Positions 57,086 through 64,000 of a stretch of DNA of 64,000 nt are shown piece by piece. Source of the stretch: Comamonadaceae bacterium (lineage in GTDB: Bacteria > Pseudomonadota > Gammaproteobacteria > Burkholderiales > Burkholderiaceae_C); assembly GCA_947373245.1 (NCBI GenBank), contig CANBWY010000003.1, forward strand, positions 1,093-65,092, given 5' to 3'. The notes beneath the pieces are model-generated. The model was given only the letters and a program-made list of their open reading frames with translations. It had not been told where the DNA came from and searched no databases. Positions within the stretch are counted from its first letter, which is position 1, and each line of letters starts with the position of its first letter. A program made the position numbers and the translations under genes.

Positions 57086-57847
57086 ATGACCAATGCATTT
57101 ATTCGTCCCAGTCGGTACGGCGAGGCCGAGTGGCAGGCGCGCGTGCAGCTGGCTGCTTGCTATCGCATCTTTGCGCACTTGGGGTGGTCTGAGTTGATTT
57201 ACAACCACATCTCGCTTCGCGTGCCAGGCGAGGAGGGGCACTACCTGATCAACCCCTTTGGCTTGCACTACACCGAAGTCACGGCTTCAAACTTGGTGAA
57301 AGTGGACATCAACGGCAACACCATCGGCCACAGTGATTGGCCCATCAACCCAGCCGGATTTACTTTCCATGGCGCCATTCATGCCACGATGCCCAACGCG
57401 CATTGCGTGATGCACATCCACTCCACACCGACGATGGCGGTGTGTTGCTTGAAAGACGGCCTTTCATTCACAAACTTCTATGCCGCCCAGCTTTGGGGGC
57501 AAGTCGCGTATCACGACTTTGAGGGCATCACCGTGCACAGTGAAGAAGGGGCTCGCATTCTGGCAAGTGCGGGCGGCAAACGTGTGCTGTTCTTGCGCAA
57601 CCATGGCCCTGTGGTCATCGGCACTTCATTGGCGCACGCCTTTAATTTGCTGTGGTTGGTTCAGCGCGCATGTGAAGTGCAAGTGGCAAGCCAATCGTTA
57701 GGCGAATTGCAAGCCATCTCAGAAAAAGCGCTAGAAGCCTGCGTGCGCGACTCGTTGAACTTCAACCCCAAATTTGGGGCGGGTGAAGATTCGTTTGCAG
57801 CCATGCAGCGTTTGATCGATCGCATTGATCCGAGTTACCGAGCCTAA
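57086..57847 (+). CDS. Class II aldolase/adducin-family protein
   Basis: YNHISLRVPG, INPFG..EVTASNLVKVD, HGAIH, MHIH, LRNHG metal-binding His motifs. Confidence 0.9.
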   Translation: MTNAFIRPSRYGEAEWQARVQLAACYRIFAHLGWSELIYNHISLRVPGEEGHYLINPFGLHYTEVTASNLVKVDINGNTIGHSDWPINPAGFTFHGAIHATMPNAHCVMHIHSTPTMAVCCLKDGLSFTNFYAAQLWGQVAYHDFEGITVHSEEGARILASAGGKRVLFLRNHGPVVIGTSLAHAFNLLWLVQRACEVQVASQSLGELQAISEKALEACVRDSLNFNPKFGAGEDSFAAMQRLIDRIDPSYRA

Positions 57848-57851
57848 GACC

Positions 57852-58871
57852 ATGCAAGCACCTATTAAAAAAGTGGCGATCGTTGGCGTGGGCGCTGTGG
57901 GCGGCGTGTTTGCCCACTTTATGGGGGCCAATCTAGCGTCCCAAAACATTGAGCTGTCGGCCATTGCCACGGGAAAAACACTGGAAACCTTGCGTGCCGA
58001 AGGTGTGACCTTGATAGATAGCGCAGGCGAAGCGCACACAACAAAGCTGAAGGTGAGCGACAACCCCGCTGATCTTGGCCCACAAGATTTGGTCATTGTG
58101 GCGGTGAAGGGGCCTGCCGTTCAATCGGTCGCGCCCATCGTTCGTGCTTTGTTGGCGCCCCACACCACGGTGCTTGTCGCCATGAACGGCGTTCCTTGGT
58201 GGTTCTTTGACGGCTTTGGTGGCGAGTGCGAGGGCTTGGCGCTTGCGGCCGTTGACCCGAATGGGGTCATTGCAGAAAACATCCCGACCGCACATGTCCT
58301 TGGATGCGTGGTTCACTTGAGTAGCCAATCCCCCCGGTCTGGACGAATTGAACAGTTAAAAGGCAAACAGTTGATTCTTGGTGAGCCGTCAGGCGGCGCA
58401 TCTGACAGAGCCAACGCCGTGGCAGCGTTGCTGAATGAGGCGGGGTTTGAGGTGAAGGTGTCGGCGCAAATCCAACAAGACATTTGGTTCAAGCTGTGGG
58501 GCAATATGACGATGAACCCTGTATCGGCGATCACCGGGGCGCCGTGCGATCAGATTTTGGATGATGCGTTGGTGCGGTCATTTTGTAGCGCCGTCATGTT
58601 GGAGGCGCAAGCCATTGGCCACCGGATTGGGTGTGCGATTGCACAAAATCCAGAAGACAGGCATGGCGTCACACGGCGTCTGGGGTCTTTCAAAACCTCT
58701 ATGCTGCAAGATGTTGAAAATGGGCGCTCCATCGAACTCGATAACTTGGTGAGCGCCGTGCGCGACATGGGCCAGCACTTGAAGTTAGCAACGCCCAATA
58801 TCGATGCCTTGCTGGGGCTGACTCGCCTGATGGCGCGTGTTCGCGGGCTTTATCCAAAGGTGCATGCGTGA
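57852..58871 (+). CDS. Ketopantoate-reductase (PanE/ApbA)-like 2-oxo-acid reductase
   Basis: GVGAVGG Rossmann, AVKG, AMNGVPWWFF, WFKLWGNM, KTSMLQDVE.GR.IE. Confidence 0.88.
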   Translation: MQAPIKKVAIVGVGAVGGVFAHFMGANLASQNIELSAIATGKTLETLRAEGVTLIDSAGEAHTTKLKVSDNPADLGPQDLVIVAVKGPAVQSVAPIVRALLAPHTTVLVAMNGVPWWFFDGFGGECEGLALAAVDPNGVIAENIPTAHVLGCVVHLSSQSPRSGRIEQLKGKQLILGEPSGGASDRANAVAALLNEAGFEVKVSAQIQQDIWFKLWGNMTMNPVSAITGAPCDQILDDALVRSFCSAVMLEAQAIGHRIGCAIAQNPEDRHGVTRRLGSFKTSMLQDVENGRSIELDNLVSAVRDMGQHLKLATPNIDALLGLTRLMARVRGLYPKVHA

Positions 58872-59581
58872 AGTTTCAATTGAAAGCCGCCATCGTTGAC
58901 CTGGATGGCACGATGGTTGACACCTTGGGCGACTTTGAAGTCGCCCTCAACCGCAGCTTGGCCGATTTGGATTTGCCACCCGTCACCCGCGCTGTGGTGG
59001 CGCGCACGGTCGGCAAGGGTTCTGAGCATTTGATTCGCTCCGTGCTGGCACACCAACTGGCGTTGCCAAACATCAAGGGCCTTGACCATGGCTGCGACGC
59101 CCGCAGCGTTGCACATTTGTATGAGCCGGCCTGGCTGCGCTACCAACACCACTACCTCGCCATCAACGGGACGTTTGCAACGGTGTACCCCGGCGTGGTG
59201 GACGGACTACAGCAATTGCGGGATGCGGGTTGGGTGCTTGCTTGCTTGACCAACAAACCTTTGTCCTTTGCCCAACCTCTGTTGCAGGCTAAGGGGCTCG
59301 ATACCTTTTTTGCCCACGTTTTTGGGGGTGACAGTTTTGAGCGCAAAAAGCCAGACCCACTGCCGTTGCTCAAAACCTGCGAGGCACTCGGCGCCATGCC
59401 CGCACACACCTTGATGGTGGGCGACTCCAGCAACGATGCCCAAGCGGCCCGTGCCGCCGGTTGCCCCGTGGTGTTGGTGCGCTACGGCTACAACCACGGT
59501 GAGCCCGTCGATGGGGTCGACGCCGATGCGTATGTGGACGCGCTGACTCACATTCCACGCGCTTTGTCGGCGCGCGGTTGA
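58868..59581 (+). CDS. gph: Phosphoglycolate phosphatase
   Basis: HAD DLDGTMVDT, LTNKP, KKPDP, MVGDS.ND, YGYNHG; precedes trpE. Confidence 0.93.
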   Translation: MKFQLKAAIVDLDGTMVDTLGDFEVALNRSLADLDLPPVTRAVVARTVGKGSEHLIRSVLAHQLALPNIKGLDHGCDARSVAHLYEPAWLRYQHHYLAINGTFATVYPGVVDGLQQLRDAGWVLACLTNKPLSFAQPLLQAKGLDTFFAHVFGGDSFERKKPDPLPLLKTCEALGAMPAHTLMVGDSSNDAQAARAAGCPVVLVRYGYNHGEPVDGVDADAYVDALTHIPRALSARG

Positions 59582-59601
59582 GCCTTTGCTAAACTCACTC
59601 T

Positions 59602-59685
59602 ATGTTCATTCACCGCAGCACAGTCACAGGTTGTCATGACCGGGGAGCTTGGCCCTGGCGTACGCTGTCGTTTGCGCTTGTCTAA
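59602..59685 (+). CDS. Putative trp leader peptide (27 aa, MFIHRSTVTGCHDRGAWPWRTLSFALV)
   Basis: Short ORF with two Trp codons (TGG-CCC-TGG) ending 114 nt upstream of trpE; extended -10 TGC-TAAACT 6 nt before the ATG. Confidence 0.6.
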   Translation: MFIHRSTVTGCHDRGAWPWRTLSFALV

Positions 59686-59799
59686 AAGCACGCTCTGTTT
59701 TTACTGACGCTGTGCCCGCGCTGATGCACTTTCTTGCTGCTCAGCACTTGTCCGAATGAACGCCCCAACTCTCTAGGGGCCGAGCTGTGGAGGCTCACG

Positions 59800-61323
59800 A
59801 TGACTGAAACCGAATTCAAACAATTGGCCCGAGAGGGCTACAACCGCATTCCGTTGGTGGCTGAGGCCTTTGCCGACTTAGAAACCCCGCTCTCGCTCTA
59901 CCTCAAGCTGGCCCATGTGCAAAACCAAGGCGAGCGCAGCTTTTTGCTGGAGTCAGTGGTGGGCGGCGAGCGTTTTGGGCGTTATAGCTTTATTGGTTTG
60001 CCTGCGCGCACCTTGCTGCGTGCCAGCGGTTTTGGCGATCATCCGAAAACGGGAGCCAAGACCGAGGTGGTGACTGATGGCGTGGTGGTGGAAACCCATG
60101 CGGGCAACCCCCTCGACTTTGTGGCCGATTACCAAAAGCGTTTCAAGGTCGCGCTGCGTGCCGGATTGCCCCGTTTTTGCGGCGGCTTGGCCGGCTACTT
60201 TGGGTACGACACGGTGCGCCACATCGAAAAGAAATTGGTTCACTCGTGCCCGCCGGATGACTTGGGCATGCCTGATATCTTGTTGTTGCAAACCGAAGAG
60301 TTGGCGGTGATTGACAACCTCTCGGGCAAGCTCTCGCTCATCGTCTATGCAGACCCTGCGCAGCCCGATGCCTACGCCAAGGCGCACGCACGTTTGACTG
60401 AACTCAAGCTTCGCTTGAAAGCGCCCGCACAAGCGCCATCGATTGCGCCATGTGCCAGCCATCCTGCCGAGCGCAGTTTTGCCAAAGACGACTATTTGGC
60501 CGCCGTGTTGCGTGCCAAAGAGTTGATTGCCGCAGGCGATTTCATGCAAGTGCAAGTGGGCCAGCGCATTCACAAGAAGTTCACGGCCAGCCCGCTGTCG
60601 TTGTACCGCGCGCTGCGTTCCTTGAACCCCAGCCCGTATATGTATTACTACAACCTCGGCGACGCCCATGTGGTGGGTGCATCGCCCGAGATTTTGGTGC
60701 GACAAGAGTCCACGCCCGAAGGCCAAAAGGTCACCATCCGCCCCTTGGCCGGTACGCGACCACGCGGTGCCACGCCCGAGGCCGACAAGGCTGCCGAGGT
60801 GGAGCTCATCAACGACCCCAAAGAGCGCGCCGAACACGTCATGTTGATTGACCTCGCGCGCAACGACATTGGCCGCATTGCCAAAACAGGCAGCGTCAAA
60901 GTGACCGAAGCTTTTGTGGTGGAGCGTTACAGCCATGTGATGCACATCGTGAGCAATGTGGAAGGTTTGTTGCTTGATGGCGCAGATGGCAAGCCCTTGA
61001 CCAGCATGGATGTGCTCAAAGCCACATTCCCTGCTGGCACGCTGACCGGCGCACCCAAGGTGCATGCGATGGAATTGATCGACCAACTCGAACCCACCAA
61101 GCGCGGTCTGTATGGCGGCGCTTGTGGCTATCTGAGTTTTGCCGGTGACATGGATGTGGCGATTGCGATTCGCACGGGCATCATCAAAAACGACACGCTT
61201 TACGTGCAAGCTGCGGCCGGCGTGGTGGCCGACTCGGTGCCCGAGTTGGAGTGGCGAGAAACAGAACACAAAGCGCGCGCCTTGTTGCGTGCCAGCGAGT
61301 TGGTTGAGGAGGGCTTGGAATGA
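59800..61323 (+). CDS. trpE: Anthranilate synthase component I
   Basis: [41 protein letters not shown]; GGAGG RBS. Confidence 0.97.
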   Translation: MTETEFKQLAREGYNRIPLVAEAFADLETPLSLYLKLAHVQNQGERSFLLESVVGGERFGRYSFIGLPARTLLRASGFGDHPKTGAKTEVVTDGVVVETHAGNPLDFVADYQKRFKVALRAGLPRFCGGLAGYFGYDTVRHIEKKLVHSCPPDDLGMPDILLLQTEELAVIDNLSGKLSLIVYADPAQPDAYAKAHARLTELKLRLKAPAQAPSIAPCASHPAERSFAKDDYLAAVLRAKELIAAGDFMQVQVGQRIHKKFTASPLSLYRALRSLNPSPYMYYYNLGDAHVVGASPEILVRQESTPEGQKVTIRPLAGTRPRGATPEADKAAEVELINDPKERAEHVMLIDLARNDIGRIAKTGSVKVTEAFVVERYSHVMHIVSNVEGLLLDGADGKPLTSMDVLKATFPAGTLTGAPKVHAMELIDQLEPTKRGLYGGACGYLSFAGDMDVAIAIRTGIIKNDTLYVQAAAGVVADSVPELEWRETEHKARALLRASELVEEGLE

Positions 61324-61889
61324 GCAAGATCAAACTCCTGATGGTGGACAACTACGACAGCTTCACCTTCAACATCGTTCAATACTTTGGTGAGCTGGGT
61401 GCAGAGGTGGAAGTGTTTCGTAACGACGAAATCACGCTCGAAGGCATTGCCGCGCGCAAGCCTGACCGTTTGGTCATCTCGCCTGGCCCTTGCTCGCCGG
61501 CTGAGGCGGGGATTTCGGTGGCAGCCATTCAACACTTTGCAGGCAAGCTGCCGATTTTGGGCGTGTGCTTGGGCCATCAAAGCATTGGCGCCGCGTTTGG
61601 CGGCAAGATCATTCGCGCGCAGCAGCTGATGCACGGCAAGACCAGTGTCATCACCACCACACAAGAGGGTGTGTTTGCCGGGTTGCCCGACAAGTTCACG
61701 GTCAACCGCTACCACTCACTCGCGATTGAGCGTGCGTCGTGCCCTGCGTGCCTCAAGGTCACGGCGTGGACAGAGGATGGCGAAATCATGGGTGTGCGTC
61801 ACACCGAGTTGGAGATTCAGGGCGTGCAGTTTCACCCCGAATCCATCCTCACTGAGCATGGCCACGCCATGCTGAAGAATTTTCTCTAA
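61320..61889 (+). CDS. trpG: Anthranilate synthase component II (glutamine amidotransferase)
   Basis: DNYDSFT, ISPGPC, GVCLGHQ, QFHPES. Confidence 0.95.
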   Translation: MSKIKLLMVDNYDSFTFNIVQYFGELGAEVEVFRNDEITLEGIAARKPDRLVISPGPCSPAEAGISVAAIQHFAGKLPILGVCLGHQSIGAAFGGKIIRAQQLMHGKTSVITTTQEGVFAGLPDKFTVNRYHSLAIERASCPACLKVTAWTEDGEIMGVRHTELEIQGVQFHPESILTEHGHAMLKNFL

Positions 61890-61898
61890 AGGCTGGCT

Positions 61899-62945
61899 AT
61901 GACCAATACGACACATGCCACCACGCACGCGATCACGCCGCAAGAGGCCTTGCAACGCGTCATTGAGCACCGTGAGATTTTTCACGACGAGATGCTGCAC
62001 ATCATGCGACTCATCATGTCGGGCGAGATGTCGCCGGTGATGACGGCCGCGCTCGTCACCGCCTTGCGCGTGAAGAAAGAAACGATTGGCGAAATCACCG
62101 CTGCGGCGCAAGTGATGCGCGAGTTCTCCACCAAGGTCGAGGTGGCAGATCGCACCCACATGGTGGACATCGTGGGCACAGGCGGCGATGGTTCGCACAC
62201 GTTCAATATTTCGACTTGTGCCATGTTTGTGGCCGCTGCTGCGGGTGCAAAAGTCAGCAAGCACGGCGGCCGTAGCGTGAGCAGTAAAAGCGGCAGCGCC
62301 GATGTGCTGGAGAGCTTGGGCGTCAACATCAACCTATCGCCCGCGCAAATTGCCAAAGCCATTGCCGAAGTAGGTATTGGTTTTATGTTTGCGCCCAACC
62401 ACCACCCCGCGATGAAAAACGTGGCGCCTGTTCGCAAAGAGCTGGGCGTGCGGACCATCTTCAACATTCTCGGGCCTCTGACCAACCCTGCTGGGGCACC
62501 CAATATTTTGATGGGCGTGTTTCATCCCGACTTGGTGGGCATTCAAGTGCGTGCCTTAGAGCGTTTGGGCGCAGATCACGCGCTGGTCGTGTATGGCCGT
62601 GATGGTTTAGATGAGGTGTCTTTGGGCGCTTCCACTTTGGTGGGCGAGCTCAAAGGCGGCAAGGTGCGCGAATACGAAATTCACCCCGAAGACTTTGGCT
62701 TTGCCATGAGCAGCAACCGCGCTTTGCGCGTGGAGACGCCAGCGCAATCGCACGCCATGTTGATGGGCGTGCTCAACCATCAGGCCGGGCCTGCCTTGGA
62801 TATCGTGGTGCTCAACGCAGGCGTGGCTTTGTATGCGGCTAACGTGGTGGAAACCATCGAAGCTGGCATTGCCAGCGCGCGTGCGGCATTGGCGTCGGGT
62901 GCAGCCAAGGCTAAGCTTGAGCAGCTGGTGGCCTTCAAGGGCTGA
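61899..62945 (+). CDS. trpD: Anthranilate phosphoribosyltransferase
   Basis: [45 protein letters not shown]. Confidence 0.97.
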   Translation: MTNTTHATTHAITPQEALQRVIEHREIFHDEMLHIMRLIMSGEMSPVMTAALVTALRVKKETIGEITAAAQVMREFSTKVEVADRTHMVDIVGTGGDGSHTFNISTCAMFVAAAAGAKVSKHGGRSVSSKSGSADVLESLGVNINLSPAQIAKAIAEVGIGFMFAPNHHPAMKNVAPVRKELGVRTIFNILGPLTNPAGAPNILMGVFHPDLVGIQVRALERLGADHALVVYGRDGLDEVSLGASTLVGELKGGKVREYEIHPEDFGFAMSSNRALRVETPAQSHAMLMGVLNHQAGPALDIVVLNAGVALYAANVVETIEAGIASARAALASGAAKAKLEQLVAFKG

Positions 62946-63008
62946 TGCATCGCATGTTTGTAAATAGTTTGAAAAACGATTCGCCAACTGGCGAGCAGAA
63001 AGACCAGC

Positions 63009-63800
63009 ATGAGTGATATCTTGAACAAAATCGTGGCGGTCAAACACCAAGAGGTGGAAGCTGCGCTTAAGCGCAAATCGCTGGCCGCCATGCGTGCAGA
63101 CGCGGAGAGCCGCGTGCTCACGCGCGACTTCGTGGGCGCTTTGCGTGCCAAGGTCGCGGCGGGCTTGCCTGCGGTGATCGCTGAAATCAAAAAGGCCAGT
63201 CCGTCCAAAGGTGTGATTCGTGAAGACTTCATCCCTGCCGACATCGCACAAAGCTACGCCGAGCATGGTGCGGCCTGTTTGTCGGTGTTGACCGACAAAG
63301 AGTTTTTCCAAGGTCAAGTGGATTACCTCAAACAAGCGCGCGCCTCGTGTGATTTGCCCGTGCTGCGTAAAGACTTCCTAATCGATCCTTACCAAGTGTA
63401 CGAGTCGCGTGTAATGGGTGCGGATTGCATCTTGCTGATTGCCGCCTGTTTGACCGATGCGCAAATGGCCGAGATGGAAGCCATTGCGCGCAACTTGGAT
63501 ATGGCGGTGTTGGTCGAAGTGCATGACGCGGCCGAGCTGCAACGGGCGCTCAAACTGAAGACGCCATTGATAGGTATCAATAACCGCAACTTGCGCACGT
63601 TTGAGGTGTCGCTCGACACCACGCTAGACATGCGCAAAGACGTGCCGGCTGACCGTTTGCTGGTGACTGAAAGCGGCATCTTGCAGCGCAGCGATGTGCA
63701 AAAAATGCGCGATGCCCATGTGCATGCCTTCTTGGTGGGCGAAGCTTTCATGCGCGCGCCAGATCCCGGCGTGGCTTTGGCTGAGTTGTTTGCTGCTTAA
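63009..63800 (+). CDS. trpC: Indole-3-glycerol phosphate synthase
   Basis: [34 protein letters not shown]. Confidence 0.97.
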   Translation: MSDILNKIVAVKHQEVEAALKRKSLAAMRADAESRVLTRDFVGALRAKVAAGLPAVIAEIKKASPSKGVIREDFIPADIAQSYAEHGAACLSVLTDKEFFQGQVDYLKQARASCDLPVLRKDFLIDPYQVYESRVMGADCILLIAACLTDAQMAEMEAIARNLDMAVLVEVHDAAELQRALKLKTPLIGINNRNLRTFEVSLDTTLDMRKDVPADRLLVTESGILQRSDVQKMRDAHVHAFLVGEAFMRAPDPGVALAELFAA

Positions 63801-63811
63801 ACCCAACGCGC

Positions 63812-64000
63812 ATGACCGGCGATTTGTTTGGCGATGCTGTTGCATCGACTCCCGTCGATGTGCCTAGATTAACGGCATGGTCGCCGCAAGACTGGCCAGT
63901 TCAAGCAGATTGGGCGCCGGTGCTTGATGCGTTTTGGCGAAGCGAGCAAGGCATGTCGCTGGCGGCATTTGTGCAATCGCGGCTTGATGCGGGCGCGGTG
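63812..64000 (+). CDS. ung: Probable uracil-DNA glycosylase, N-terminal fragment (runs off the right edge)
   Basis: Open frame MTGDLFG...WPVQADW..VL..F...L..F...RLDAGAV resembles the UNG N-terminus and follows trpC; the catalytic motifs lie outside the window. Confidence 0.6.
   Translation, partial: MTGDLFGDAVASTPVDVPRLTAWSPQDWPVQADWAPVLDAFWRSEQGMSLAAFVQSRLDAGAV

Larger units (their letters stand above)
29610..58867. other. Accessory metabolic island between rpe and gph
   Basis: Breaks the usual rpe-gph-trpE order; parts look more AT-rich than the flanks; no integrase or att repeats seen. Confidence 0.65.

Noticed and set aside
1-64000. tRNA, rRNA, IS elements or prophage genes
   Set aside because: Intergenic spaces are short, and no cloverleaf, rRNA, transposase or phage signatures were recognised by eye; a covariance-model scan is needed to exclude small ncRNAs.

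Overview
A 64-kb chromosomal segment of a Betaproteobacterium. Gene content and order suggest Comamonadaceae, possibly Limnohabitans-like (inference only). The left ~29.6 kb is mostly housekeeping: end of leuS, lptE, holA, proA, gshA-kup-gshB, glcB, a four-gene lipid A amino-sugar modification set, argS, dsbA, lptAB-rpoN, thiL-pgpA-cinA and apaG/rpe. The right end is gph-trpE-trpG-trpD-trpC-ung, with an unannotated Trp-containing leader peptide before trpE. A ~29-kb accessory block separates rpe from gph, which are usually adjacent, and has two modules. Module 1 is a sigma54-controlled periplasmic alcohol-oxidation system. It centres on a PedH/ExaF-type PQQ dehydrogenase with the lanthanide-type WDFDG motif and adds a PqqU/YncD-like PQQ importer (no pqq biosynthesis genes in the window), a second TonB receptor (candidate lanthanide importer), a NosR-like flavinylated Fe-S membrane protein with ApbE, cytochromes b561/c550/c551, a XoxJ-like protein, aldehyde dehydrogenase and two regulators. 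Module 2 is hppD plus a homoprotocatechuate meta-cleavage operon that lacks hpaI and hpaBC and instead carries an adducin-fold aldolase and a PanE-like reductase. No rRNA, tRNA, CRISPR array, integrase or transposase was seen. All family calls come from motif recognition by eye; no database searches were run.
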